A stretch of 63,755 nucleotides of DNA, filler included, from Choristocarpus tenellus KU-1152 (GCA_964200185.2; 12 parts of 12 records of this genome joined end to end with filler, not necessarily neighbours in it); one strand, 5' to 3'. Positions 25,060-38,660 are shown, counted from the whole stretch's first letter. Notes: generated by a model from the sequence alone, not told the origin. Numbers and translations are program-made.

Positions 25060-25560
25060 AATATCATCTAAATAAACCATCAACCCAGTGCTTGGACCAA
25101 TACTGGAAAAGGTTTCAGACATAAGCGTTGAAAGATTCACGGTGCGTTTTGGACTCCAGATGGTAATCTCTGAAACTCATATTTTTCATTAGGTATGATG
25201 AATGCAGTTATTTGTCGTTCATATTACTCAGTTATCGGTAGTCACCAATAGGCTGATTGGATATCTAAACAAGATAAATATTTTGAACCCCCCAAAGCGG
25301 ATAAACACTCATCCATGGAGGTTAAAGGCCACATGTTTATTTATGGTTCCTTTAACATCCACACAGAACCGAGGAGATATATCAGGCTTTGCAACAATGG
25401 TAACAGAGGATGCCCATGAACTAGATGAGGGTTTTATAATGCCGTGCTTTCCCATATCAGTTACACATTGGCGAATAGTGTTGCGTGTTTTTGGTGCCAT
25501 GCGATACAATGGTCTAATAACTGGTTTTGTACCTGGTTGTGTAGTGGAAACTCAACAGAA
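25060..25560 (-). mobile_element. Decayed Ty3/Gypsy reverse transcriptase
   Basis: GIIKPSSSSWASSVTIVAKPDISPRFCVD, LGGSKYLSCLDIQSAYW, TAFIIPNEKYEFQRLPSGVQNAP and MVYLDDIV, with stops and frameshifts. Upstream pol/gag remnants probably extend to about 26600. Confidence 0.9.
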
Positions 25561-25748
25561 GTAGTGGTGCAACAACCTAATTCTTTTTCTGATAATGACA
25601 AGACTAGTCTGAATTTAGCCACAATATCTTGTAATTCCTCCTGTTCAGAAAACGTCAGTTGTGTATTTCAAAAGTCTTCTTAGAAAAAACCTTCTTCAAA
25701 TCATCCCTAGCTTGCTTCGGTTCTTCGGGAGTAGAGGGTGTGGCTGTA

Positions 25749-26006
25749 GATTGAAAGTATCTTAGAGGGTACGTGTTTTGCCTTGCTTGTCCATTTGGGG
25801 CTTGGCATCCCGCATGTTTATATGACATTTTTCCTACTCCGAAATGTTTTGGAGTAGATAGAATGTATATGTTATGAAAAGGTGTGTCCAATACGTGGAT
25901 ATTGACACTTCCTAACAAACACAATATCCAAAATTACATCAAAATCGCAACCTTGGATTTTGGCCCCCAAATGGACGCGCCTCCACCCTCTGAGATACTT
26001 TGTCTC
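25749..26006 (+). mobile_element. MITE family B inserted in the Gypsy remnant
   Basis: GATTGAAAGTATCTTAGAGGGTAC ... ACCCTCTGAGATACTTTGTCTC; flanks TGTA/AGTA. Confidence 0.9.
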
Positions 26007-26637
26007 AGTAACTGCACGTATGGTGACATCTGAAAGGGCATATGTGGTTGACCCAGGGGAGATATGACCAACTACAAAATTGCTGGTAACTTGACCCCTT
26101 TATTGAGATAAATTGGCAATTTTGACTAAACATCCTCCATCTTCGTTCCAAACAGTGAGGATTCAACTGATCATAGTGTGTTGCCAGTGGGGATGTATGT
26201 CGTCCTCTCCCTAAAGATCTGTGCCAGTGTAAATGATAGATTCCACCACTGAATCAGTAGCTGTTCCTGAGTGCCTGAGAACAAGCTGGCAAGTTGGGAG
26301 GTAAGCAGCAGAGTGTATAGAAAGGTATTCTATTCTTGTTTCCCACAGTTGCTCAAACACCAAGTAAAGGTATGAAACCTGATGCCCCAGTGCCTGGAAA
26401 AGGCACTGGCTCAGCAGGCGATTACAAAGAATACATATCTTTGTGGGAGAGAAACGCGGGGTGCTCTGAAGGTTCCTCTCCCTCAAAGATACTCAATACC
26501 TTAGTTTACATAGGAAATGCCTGTAAAAATAATATTATCCTAGGTATATTAAAGAGATATTTGTAATTATCATATTCCACAGAGCATAGAGGCACTGGTG
26601 TTTCGTCATACAGGCTTTGATGTTCTGTATATCGGCT

Positions 26638-26847
26638 GGGGAGAAGTTGATCAGAACAAGAAGGTAAGAGACTACTATTACATATGGTAGGCATTAGATG
26701 CTTGTCCGATTCATCTATCTTATCTCTTCAGAATCATGGTTAGGGGAGAAGTTGATCAGGACAAGAAGGTAAGATACTACTATTACATATGGTAGGCTTT
26801 AGATGCTTGTCCGATTCATCTATCTTATCTCTTCAGAATCATGGTTA
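26638..26847. repeat. 105-bp tandem duplication
   Basis: 26638-26742 versus 26743-26847, three substitutions. Confidence 0.95.
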
Positions 26848-29043
26848 CAAACTTCGAATCAAAACCACTTAGAGGTAGGCACGGTTACATTTTAAGGATC
26901 TCGATAACGGGCAAAAATACGTCATTTTCTACTATTGCAGAGAGAGCCTTTGCTGAATTTTGGCTTCACTTTGTGTGCGGAAAGGAGGAGCATCAGCTTT
27001 GCTTGCACTATTGTGGACATAACCAATGAAATAGAGTGTATTCCACAGGGTTGAGATATGGCTTAGAGTGCGAAAGGGCCCAAACTCTCCATTGGTTTGA
27101 CTCTCTCAAGTGTAGTATTTTCTTCAACGAACACTATTACTTTCAAAAATGAACTGGGGAGAGTATTGCCTGCAACACTGCAACTCATAACTTGCACGAA
27201 TAAGTGCACTTTGAGTTCGACAGGCTGTAACTATAAGCGCATTTCTACCGCTCAGAAGCGTCGGAGCTCAATTATAATCAAATCAGTGATTCTCAATTGA
27301 CAGCAGCCTCTGTTATTGGTCTATCGTGCGTCAAATATTGAGATAACACAGTACGACCGAGCCAGAAAGTCGTGCGACTACCTACTCTAGTCGTCGAGAG
27401 GTACGTATTTCTCCATACAAATCAGAGGCCATTGTGCTACCCACCACAACCAGTCGTAGTCTATCTTCCCACTATGTACTACCAATATTCCTGCCATTAG
27501 TTATTTTTGACTGAGGCATAAGTGCGTTTTTACATTATTGAAATCTATCAAGGGTTGTGGGATCCAGTCCTGACTGCATCGCTTTCCCCACTCCTTGTAG
27601 CGAGAGGAAAACAATTATTCAAAATTGTGATGGGAGAGTCAAGTTAATGTGCTCAATGGGAAACGTGAAGATTGAAATTACTTCTCAGGAAGATCATGCG
27701 ACTACAACCTCACAGTGAGGTGATGACCCACGGATTATATACTGAGTCAGATTTTGGTATCTCAAAACTTGTCGAGATTCTGGGGGGAAATATGGTCCAA
27801 TCAAAAGGATATTATGTAGTACAGTCTTTGGATGGAAACCGTATAACATTTGTGACGCAATTTTCACGATTTCGTCTGTTTTTTCTTTTTGAAGAGCATG
27901 TGTAAAATTAGCTGTGATGGATTCTAGTCGCACCTTGAACGTTCATCCCTGCTGGGGGGGGTTACAAAGACTATTTGGGAAATGGTCCTCAACCAGCAGT
28001 CTCAAGGCATAACTGTATTTGTTTTACTCTGATAATCTACACCCTTCAGGTATGTAAACAATCGAGAGTCTTGTGTCCCCTTCCATCAATGAAATTGCCC
28101 TTTGCTCATTTCTGTTTTGTGCTGCATTGCATGTTTTAGTAATCCCTCTATTAGTGGGTTCAATTGGGGTGAGAGTTCCGGATTTGGTCCCCAAGATTCC
28201 TTAGACATGTGTTGATTATTTTTTGCCTCCCATTGCTGCTTCTTGCACTGCTGAGTTAGACAGCAGATCCTATATTTTAGCACTTAGATAACATGTTATC
28301 TGTTGGCGATAATGTCTGCTCCAATGCAAATGCACTGACCAATGGTTGCCTTAAGATGGGCAAAATACAGTGAAAAGTCAGCATAGACTATGTATCTGCC
28401 CAAGGAGTACCTTGGTTATTGAGTCAAAGGTCACTATCGAAGAAACTCTCTGTTTTAAAGTATTTTTGTTCACAGCATTATCCTGGGGGAGTGTTATGGG
28501 CCCCATAAGGTGACCTGAACAACCCAAAATACTTCCAACACTGGCAGGCATCCTTGCTACCACTAGCAAATCTATATTGCCATATATCATTTTTTGACCA
28601 TCAAACTTACGCATCACTTGACACCCTCCTATATAACAATGAGAATATGAAACCCAATTTGAGTTGTCTTAGAAACGCCTCGATGGGGTGCCTTCTTTAT
28701 CTGTGGATACGTGTGTTAAATTTGTGTGGATTCAGCCTATCCAGGTACACATCAACGCACTTCAGCAAGATCAATAGCAGACTCTGGCAGTAGTGCGTGG
28801 AGATTGTGCACTTGAACTTTGGATCGCAATACTGAGTCAGGCATACAAAATCAATTATGAGGTTGATCCACATATTCTTAAGAGCAAACTCTTACAGCAA
28901 CATAAGAGAGGAATGTCTGGCTGCAGAGGGGCAGCGGTCCTAAACTTGGGAAAAATAGCTCTCAAGTCAGTCAAATCCTGTCGCAGACTTGTTTCCAGGT
29001 CATTTGGGAAGCGGCCAAACACTACCTACCTGCAAATAACAGT

Positions 29044-29297
29044 GGGTCAGGGTAAACGAGAGGTACCCAGAGTTGCGTTTTATGGATGACAAAGATGTAC
29101 AAAATTCATTTTTTTAAACAATATGTATAGGATTTTTTCCGAATTTTGGAAAAAAATTTCAAACGATAGACAAACCAATAATCTCAAGTCAAACTTAGGA
29201 CTTCATCCATAGCAATATGGGTTATATAAAATAGATACAAAACTTGCTTAAAATGCAAAACCGCCAAAAACTGTTTACCTCTCGTTTACTTTGGCTC
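29044..29297 (+). mobile_element. MITE family C, complete, flanked by AGT/AGT
   Basis: GGGTCAGGGTAAACGAGAGGTA ... TACCTCTCGTTTACTTTGGCTC inverted termini. Confidence 0.88.
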
Positions 29298-32031
29298 AGT
29301 AGTAATCGTATCCTTACATATTCCCTGAATTACCCACAACACAGTGCAGGTTATTGTGTTACAGGGTGGAAGTCTCGGTAGGACCTCCATGTTAGAGTGC
29401 GCCCCCGAACTCACCTCTACAGGATGTGTAACTCAAATCCAACAACCTTAAAACGACGCTCTGGGGACGTTGCCCTTGGTAACAGTTTGTAGGGTGTCAG
29501 ATAGCCTTCTCTCTTGATATTCCACTCAGTGCTTAGCTCAAAGGTCGACTCAAAGTGTCGTTCAAGATAAAACGACTGGCTAAGAGAGGTAAAGGAATTT
29601 GACCAAAAGCCCTCTTATTATTTTCATCATCCACTCAATTTCTTTGGTCTTCTATGCAACTGCTCTGTACGTACTCCAATCATACACCTTTATTCAGCAA
29701 CTTCTTAGGAACTTTGACGTTTTCTTCTGTAATGTTTCGAATGCATTACGAATCTTACTCTGTATCTTCTTCGAATTCAGCATTTATTCTGTAAGGTTAC
29801 CTATCTATGTGTTACTAATCTCGTATATTGTTCGCACTTGTTAGAACGCGAGAGACAATGCTAGCACTATTCGCCTGTCACTAATGTTCATCTTTGAAAT
29901 AAAACACGAGAAGAAATGCTTGCGCTATTCGCCTGTAACAATTTCTCGGTCAGCAGTGGTACAATCCCTGCAACTGCAGGCGCCACAAATCGTAAAATCC
30001 GTAGTAGAAGGGAATCCGAGAGTCTGTCCAAAAATATATATATTGGCCGCACAGAAACTCGTCAAAGGTGTACCTTTAGCATATATCAACTCTCCTGACC
30101 TCACTTGAAACCGGTTTGAACTTTGCAGTGATGCTCTTCTCGGCTCTTTCCCTTCCCCCGTACATCCCACGCATTGAAAGTACTCCACAACGTTTCATTC
30201 TCATCTGCTCTTATCGAATTCTGGATTGGAGGTTCTGTCATAAATTAGGACCCTCCTCCCCATTTCCAACCTTATATGGACACGTGAGAAAAAACACTCT
30301 GTTAGGTTGTAGTGGGTACTGAGGAGTGGGGATGGAGTTAGAGGATGTGTCTCGCACTGAAGGTTGTGCACCTTAAATCATACCAGGTTCTATGAGTGGG
30401 GATAAATACCACATGCATGATGAGATCATACATAATGACACATGCTGCTTCCAATTATCCACTACCATCATGCTCCTCCTGTGTTTTGACCCCTTTCAAG
30501 AACGAAATCAATCCACTATCCCATACCTGTGCGATCCAATGCAAAATGTCATCCTACAACTATGCAGGCAATTACTGACCCATCAATCATCAAATCAATT
30601 CCAACTATGTTGTGTGCTGGCACAGATTGTATGTATTAGCATCAACTTCTGTATTTAGGGACCGAACCAAGTGTATCGGTTGCCGAGGTGTAGTATAGCA
30701 GGCATCTTAAAAAAAAACGTTTATACTGCAGAGGTGTGCAAGTTAGATACCTCTTGTTAGAAACACTTGCTGAGCTGTGGAGGAATGTATACAGGATGGT
30801 CATGCTCTAGATATAGATGTATCGTGTGATCCTTGTGCATTGTTGGTGAGTAATGAGGCAGAAACTTCAGTTGCTCCTGCATGTCATAGATTCATGCACC
30901 CACTTATAAAAATGGGATAGTGTATCCCATAGAAGTCACAACATCCTCCTAGTACTAATTTATGTTTCCATTGAATCTTACAACTTAAATAGTATGCTGA
31001 TCACCAAACGTTACAAAAAAGCACTTGGAATGCTTTGCTGAATGCTTCACAAATACACAGACAAGAAAAAAGACAAGAAGAGCAACCCAACATTGACACA
31101 ATGTAGTAATTAACGTCTTTCCTTACTACCATGCAGACAAAAGTTGCAAGACACACACCTGTCTTTGCCATAATCTTGCTCTACTTGAGCTTTGAACATC
31201 GAGAACAAGACTCGATGGAGGATTCTCAAGGCCTCAACAAGGTACACAACTGAATGCATCTCGGGCAATTTGGAAATAGGTTCTAGAAACTGGAAATGAT
31301 CTTACAGTTTGGTTTGTACAGTCTCTATACGGATGGTGACAATGTATGAACATTGTACCAACAAAAATAAACCTCACATTTTAATCTAGGTAGGTAACCT
31401 TCACATGTGTGATATTTTGAACTCTAAACAACCATAAGATAAAATTGAAATACCCACTACGACTATAATTCATTTTCACTGCATTCAATCTACACCGACT
31501 CATTTGCCGTCCACTATCACACTCTATACCTAAACAAGTGCTAACGCAGAGCAACCCATGCTAGCATCACCAACTGTATCGTCAGTAGACAACCGAACAA
31601 CTTAATTCGACCAATCATCAGAATTCGAATCTCGTGAGACGCAGAGATCTCACTTCAGCATGTCAATAGACGCAAACATCAACACGGTTCTAAGATGCAA
31701 AGTCTTAGGCAACAAGAAAGGGTTCAGCTCTGGGCACGCCACACACAAGATTGGACTTGTCTACGGTCGTAGCGCGGTCGGTTCCTCGTTGAAGGTGTGA
31801 GTCCTATTAGCAATGTAGTTGTTTGCCCACGGCTGTACCTATTGAAAAGGAGGAACAAATATCTCGCAGTTCATGAGCTTGAGCTCCACGATGTCGATGT
31901 GGCCGTAGCTCCTAAGTTCTGATCTGGAGTGCGCGGATTGGGATATCTGTGAATACTAGTGTTCATATAATATGCGTACGAGGTGACGGCGAGAAGAACT
32001 TCAGGTCGGACAGCATGGGGACATTATTCTT

Positions 32032-32157
32032 TCACATCACATTCCTTGGCAATTTCCCCCTAAAGATATCCACAGAACCCGTTACATCCCACCCCTTCAA
32101 GAACCAGCTTGACAAACACGGATCTTTGTCTCGTCCCACTCCTACCACAAAGTCCCC
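32032..32157 (-). CDS. Putative terminal exon of a small hypothetical gene
   Basis: ttttctctgttag acceptor, phase 0, 41 codons to TGA. Confidence 0.45.
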   Translation of the reverse strand, partial: GDFVVGVGRDKDPCLSSWFLKGWDVTGSVDIFRGKLPRNVM

Positions 32158-32310
32158 CTAACAGAGAAAAGCACTAGTTTTTGGTATTTCCCAGCCCAAA
32201 CCCATTCGGTTTAGACTTGAAAGATCAACGAGTTGTTGCCTCGAATAGTAAATTAATAATCAAGACAAGTGACCAGGTCAGTGCATCGATATGTAGTCAA
32301 GGGTGCTCAC

Positions 32311-32631
32311 CTTGCGAGAGTTGAGTTTGAAGAATTCGATGTCTTGCCGTGAGTACCACAAGTTCTGTCGGGCGTCTTCACCCAACTCCGTACGTGCAGG
32401 GATGAGCACTATTTTTACTATTCTCTTGAATAGGACACTCTTCGGCATCAGCTTGACTCTGGATTGATCACAGACGCGCTCGGTGGAGATATCATTACAC
32501 CATTCGAGACTATCTTCGTCTATTGATTTTCGACCAATGGTCCCAATGCCGCCGATCAGTAGACAAGGGCCGTGTCGTTGCATTTTGCACCCCTGCGACA
32601 CCTTTTTTATCGCCATTTGAAGGGCATTCAT
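32311..32631 (-). CDS. Small hypothetical protein, exon 1 (KSVxF..V.IVLIP.R.EL...LWYS..D...FK motif)
   Basis: ATG at 32631; aag|gtgagc donor; motif type recalled from uncharacterised stramenopile proteins. Confidence 0.6.
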
Positions 32632-33384
32632 GGGCTTGTGTTCCTGGGGATGAGGATGAGATAGGGATATGTTAAGCTAGTGAGGCGTGAGGGTATTTGA
32701 GGGTCGTACAATTCCCTCATCAATATTCGTTTTGGTCACCTAATGTATGTGATGAGGTCTCTCACCTCTGATTTGCTCCTATCCTTCATCAGCAATGTTT
32801 TGGTGACTCTGTGCTCCCAGTTTTAGCACAGTTAGGTAGGTTTTGTTTGTTGATGAGGTGGTCGACAACGTTAGGTATAGAGTAGTAGTGGTAAGTAGGG
32901 TTGGAGTAGGGTATGTCTCGAATGAAGCAATCAGAGATGGGGGTTGGAATCGAGCTAAATCTGCGATCATGCGTTGGGTTGCAGGCATTGTCAGTTGGTG
33001 AATTTTCAAACGTCGTATACTATACTTGTGTTTATAACAAAATTGATTCCCAACACATAAACAAAGAAGTGTTTATCCGCAAACTGCAAAGTTGGATCAC
33101 ATTTTAATTTTGAAAAGATAAAAACCAGAAATGGATTTGTTCAATAATAAGAGAGTCTGATACAATGACATGTTGTGGAATGAACTCATATCACCTACTT
33201 CAACGATTCTGATTGGCTCAAGATAGTAGTATTAACAAGAACCATAAGACTACTTACTAGGATAAACTGTTGTGTGCATAACATTTTCGTCCTGCAGAAT
33301 TTTCAAGGGAAGGAACAAAGGACCAGAACTACAAAAACAAAATTAAAGTATTATAGATACTATTAGATATATATTATTATATTA

Positions 33385-33434
33385 TTATGCCCTCTGACAT
33401 TTTGCAGATGTGTCAGGAGAAAACCAATGAAAAC
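33385..33434 (-). repeat. Repeat family D copy at contig end
   Basis: Reverse complement of 24205-24237; extension matches 48435-48451. Confidence 0.8.
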
Positions 33435-33534
33435 NNNNNNNNNNNNNNNNNNNNNNNNNNNNNNNNNNNNNNNNNNNNTTAATTAATTAANNNNNNNNNN
33501 NNNNNNNNNNNNNNNNNNNNNNNNNNNNNNNNNN
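33435..33534. other. Artificial contig linker
   Basis: N44-TTAATTAATTAA-N44. Confidence 0.98.
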
Positions 33535-33975
33535 GTAATGCTTTGGTGGGGAGAGGGAGGGTCAGGGTGAGGGGGGGTTGTCAGAGCTTGTAGAGGTGTT
33601 ACTGTGGAGGTTGGTAGATGTCTGATGTGATGAGAGGTATGTGTGTTTTAAGGGTCTATGGAGGTGAAGTATTGGTGTGGATGATTGTAACTCATTTTGA
33701 GAAGGGAAGGGGAAGGGGAAGTGTAAAGGAGGTATGGTGTGCTGTGAAGTAAGTAACATTGTGTCGTGTTTAAACACTCTTGTGTTAAGAGAAATCAAAT
33801 AAGAGAAATGTAAAGGTTAACTGTGATTCTTGTAAAGTTGGTATGCTGGATAGGGGTGAGGTCACTTGGGATTGTTGGTGAAGGGTAGTTGCAATGTTTT
33901 GGGTAATGCTTTGGTGGGGAGAGGGAGGGTCAGGGTGAGGGGGGGTTGTCAGAGCTTGTAGAGGTGTTACTGTGG
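33535..33975. repeat. 73-bp direct repeat (33535-33607 = 33903-33975)
   Basis: GTAATGCTTTGGTGGGGAGAGG...GTTACTGTGG occurs twice, 368 bp apart. Confidence 0.9.
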
Positions 33976-34884
33976 GGGTGGCGGGGTGAAGTGATATCCT
34001 TGTGGTTTCCTTACAAAAGGTATTTTCCTTTTTTTTCTAGCAAAGTCTAAAATAAAAATAAAAAATCCTGTTTAGTCGTTCAGAGATGAGATTTGAATGT
34101 ATTGGCAAGGTTTTATTCAGAAAAAGGGTTATTTTTGTGTATACAAATGGATTTATGTTTGTGTGCTCCTAAGTTGAGACAAGTGTTGTGTGTCAGTAGC
34201 TCTTGCTGTCATGTGTTTCATTGTGGGCTTTTCTTTTCCATTTGTGTGCATGTTAAACATTTCAACTGAAAAATTGTTACTAAAGTACTGCCTCAAGTTG
34301 TGTTGATTTTTTTAAAATAATTTAGTGCTGTGGCACTACCACTTCATTGGCACCTCCACTCCATATAGCATATCTCCCCACACCCTTCCCCTTCACTCCC
34401 CTAGCCCCCTTTGAAGACACTCTTTATCTTTTTTTTTTACTTTGTCTGCCCTACTTTTTGTACTGGCTTGAGATCCATTTGCACCAATGTGAGGATCATA
34501 GTAATATCAAGATGTGACAATGAACTACTGTATGGTATTATTTATTGTGGTATTTTGGATTGAAAACTCTGTGGTTATGACTGAGACTAGTACATAAGTA
34601 GCTCATCAAACAAATTTATCTATCATGTACCAGAGTTTACTTGGAAGGAAGGCGTGCAGCGCATGAAGCAAGCCGCCGTTATTAATATGATTTTTTTTTT
34701 GCAGAGCACACTAACCCCGTGCGTCACATCTTTCACCGGATACTATTCTTTCAAGTATTTGAATCCTCCGTTTCGATGCGTATGATGCTTGGATGAATTT
34801 TGAATCTTAGATTCACAATACTACGTTTTGCCAATATCCCCTCGCTTTTGGATTCTTTTTTTTTGTTCTTTCTCTTTTGTCTAG

Positions 34885-35026
34885 AGCGCCATGGCTGGAA
34901 CAGAGTCCAAGGAGGTACCTGTACGTGCCCCTTGTAGCTTTGTGGGTGGAGAGGTGCGGCTTGCTGCAGAGGGGGAACTGACCAGCGTGGCCCTGGCCTT
35001 CCCTGCCCCCGCTGCTGGTGATAATG
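34885..35026 (+). CDS. M16 peptidase family (MPP alpha / cytochrome bc1 core protein 2) exon
   Basis: Long pyrimidine tract plus ctag; CSFVGGEVRLAAEGELTSVALAFPAP (xGGExR...VALAF motif); donor g|gtgagc. Confidence 0.82.
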
Positions 35027-38000
35027 GTGAGCTAGTCTTTTTGCAATGGTTGCTGTTAATCATGCTGTTGCCTTTTTTTTCTGTAGCATCTGTTGTTGGT
35101 GCATGAGAAAGACTTGCAGTTCGAGATTGAATTCGAGTTGTGATGGAAAGGGATGTCCATCTTGTGTTGGGAAGAGCGGAAGAAGACTCTTGTAGAGTTG
35201 ACTGTCTTTGAGGAGAAGCACTGACCTGTGTAAGGGGTTGTAGATTTTTGCTGTTAAGAGTTTGGGATCAGTTATTGTCCTTTTTGTTGCTGGAGGGAGA
35301 GAGAGCCAGTGAGAGAGTGCCAGTGTCACTTTGGATGGCTACAACTTACAGTTCCTCTCAGATAAGCTGTCAAAGTATACAGGTTAACAATTCTATCGTT
35401 GGTTAAATGTTATCCAATCGGCCTACTCTGCCCCATACGGCACAATACTATTGCAAACATTATTTTTGAGAGAGCTTGACATATAAAAGGTACTCTTGTG
35501 CAAGCTACAACCTTATATTGACAGTGGTTTGTTGCTATGTTTGCTGTTGATTCTTTACTTACGTATACTCTTCCTACCAGTAGTTTTGACTGTTTTGTGT
35601 TGTTGCAAAGTGGTTCCTTGTGAGTGTTGGTAAGTGATTCATGATGGAATTTGCGGTGGTAACTATTGTTGTAACCCTTGGGAGGCGTGTTTTGATAAGT
35701 AGAATATATATAGGCCTCTTTGTAGTTCTGTTAATTTATTACAGAATTGTTGTTGATTAGTTGATGCTCTTTGTGCGGGTCCTTTATCGGTTTAGTTTAG
35801 GAGGGGAATGTGTGCCCTGGTGTGATATATAGTACTACTACTTCGTGTGTGCTATGTCCTGTCTGTGTATCATGCATCTCCTGTGAAATAAGAAAATGTA
35901 TGGGGTGGATGTAGTCATGTATTCGGTTGGTTGGTTCAGTGTGGTTGGCAAAGAGATGACTAGTTCGAGATGTAAAGCAACAAGCAAGAGGTATTGAGGC
36001 TGAAAGAAGAGCCAACAAGAGTCCACCAGCGGGGAGATACCTAATGTACCTAATGAGACCCACCAAGAGTTGTGAGTTAGTTGCAGGAACGGCATCAGAT
36101 TCAAATTTTGCATACATGGGGTGTGTCAAATTTCGTTTTTGTGTGAAAATAGGTTGCTTGAGGGTGGGATGGAAAAGTGTCTGGACGATACAGTCCTATG
36201 GTTGGGGGTATGACAAAGATTAGTAGAATGGTGTAGGGTGTAGCAACCTGTAACCCTAACCCTAACCCCCAAGGTGATGAAAAATACTGGTATTTTTATT
36301 TCACCTTTTTGTAGTCGTGGTGGCTATCAAGTAAGAGATATTGTGGTGGTTGAATGCAGGGGTTAAGAGTTTTGTTTGAGAGTGTTGGTAGAGAGACAGG
36401 GCGTCTGCGAGTGGGTCCTTGGCACTTGGCGCACATTTTCTTTTTAGCAAGCGCTGGTCCTACACTCTTGAGCGTGAATGGCTTGTGTCACAAGACAGGG
36501 TGGAGGGTTGCGATTGTTTGAAAAAGGTGACCTCACTTCCTCTGCTGTCCAGGCAATAGAGGTGTCCTTATGTCTGTGTATGCCAGGGTGCTGAGTGTTA
36601 GGGCTACTGGTATTTGTACAGAAAATTGGTGGAGAGGTGACTTGGTCTTCCGTAATGCAGCCTCTTGGAATAGCCATCTTATTTTGTGTGCCATCTGTGT
36701 TGTTGCTTAATATTTTGTAGTGTGAGGTTGGGTTTGAAAGGGTTTGCTCTTGCGAACTTGTGGGGTTGGGTGCTATTTTTTTTTTTTACTCCTTAGGTGC
36801 AGGTGCGGTTCTTGAATGTGGTGTTGTATGAGTTTTCCCAAAAGGTTGGAGGGCATATGACAAGTGAAGTGTGAGAGGGTTGGCATGTTGGAAGGTTGTT
36901 ACATGGTATTTTTGCCTGACGGTATGAACTAAACCCATGATACCGTTGTTGGTTTGTCTTACTGAGTTGTATGGTAAAACCAAGTAAGTTATGGCCCTTT
37001 TTTACCTCTCTGGTTTGATTGGCCCTCTGCATGGGTTTGTGCAAGGCCCTCGAAAAAGATAATGAAAATCTGATATGCATATATAGATGTGCCATCTTGT
37101 GCATTTATAGCATTTATAGCCTACCCCCACAAACTGTTCAAACTGATAATCAGCATAGGAACACTTGTTCAGAAGGAGGATGTGTTCCACCCTGGGGTAG
37201 TTTGTTGCCTTGCAGTATATGGTAGCTCTACTCCAGGGTGTGTTTTTCTACTCTTCTATCTTGATTTTAGGTACTTTGGCTAATGAGCTCATGACCTGAT
37301 ATATAGATGTGATGCTAGGTGTATGCAACAGTCGTATATAGTGTGTACAATAGGGTTAGGGTTAGTCAGCAGAACTATACAAAAAATTCCAATTCTACCA
37401 ACATTTTTATTTGTATTTATATTGTTCGGGGTAAATGTATAGCATTTTTCTGTTCCCCCCCCCCCTCCAATTTTCTTCTGTGCTGAAAATCGTAAATTTG
37501 CTGTGTAAGTGCGCAGGGTGCCCACTAAACACCCCCCATTTATAGCACCAGTGCTGTAGGGGTGATTTTGTGATTTGATTGGGAATGCAGCAATTGTCTT
37601 ATTTCTTCTTGGTGTTCTATGTATGTACATCATATATATACAGTTTGTAACTGCCATAGATGGGATGTGGGATGTGTATATCTCACTGGCAGAGTGGTGT
37701 GTATCACGTTGGCCTCTCCCTGACTGAACCCTAACCCTTTACCTTTGGTTGAAATTAGGTGTTTTGTTTGTGTTTCAGTATTGGTCCTATGCATGACCTC
37801 TTGCTTTGTGGTGGTGTTCATTTGTTGCTTGCAAAGGCTATGCAGCTTGTTGAAATGGTGGGGTGGTACTGTATGGTGGTGTTTACACTGTTGTTGCAAT
37901 GGCTGTTTTAGTGTGAGGGGGGGGTTCAGGATGCTTATCAGGCGGATATCTAAGGTTTTGTCTGAACAGTCATTCTGTCTTTAGTTAATTGACTGTGGAT

Positions 38001-38210
38001 AACTGCATTTTGAATTATAGCCATCCTAATTCAATGGATATATTCTGGGGTGCTATTGATTGTTGTTGTAAAAGTTCCTTGGAAATAGGGATCTGCATTC
38101 ATAAATACTTTTTTTAATTCAGAATTGACATGCCAAGAGATTGACATTCCACTGCCACAACAACACAATTCATTGAAACCATATGCCACACACATGGTGT
38201 AAAACTCCAG

Positions 38211-38386
38211 AATCGGCAACTTATGAGGTGCTTGCTGCACTCATGGATGCCCGTGTGAAGGCCTCTGTTCCCCTCTCCGGTGCCTTTGGAGCATCTTACT
38301 CAGACACTGGAATGGTTGGTGTCTGTGCTGCAGCCCCTGCTGGGGAGGTGGCCTCAATGGTTGCTGCTCTGACCTCTTGTCTTAAG
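38211..38386 (+). CDS. M16 peptidase family (MPP alpha / bc1 core 2), next exon
   Basis: Phase matches (g+aa = E); YEVLAALM...AFGASYSDTGMVGV (YSDTGLFG motif); donor aag|gtactt; 3184-bp intron. Confidence 0.85.
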
Positions 38387-38660
38387 GTACTTCCTTTTTT
38401 ATTCTTGTTGGGAAGAATTCATGATTATGAAAAAATTGTAATTTTTTTTTTTGGGGGGGGGAGGGAACAAAGGTGGAATTGGTGTATCATATATGCTGCA
38501 ATTAATGTGCATTGTGGTTTTGTGTCGACGCGTGTATTGGTTTGTGTTGCTTGAATGTGGGGGGGGGGGGGGGGGGGGGCCCTCGTGCCCCTTTAGGTTT
38601 TTAAAAAGTTTTTGGAGGAAGGAAAAAAGAAGTGGGTTTAACCCACCCCACCCAAAGAGG

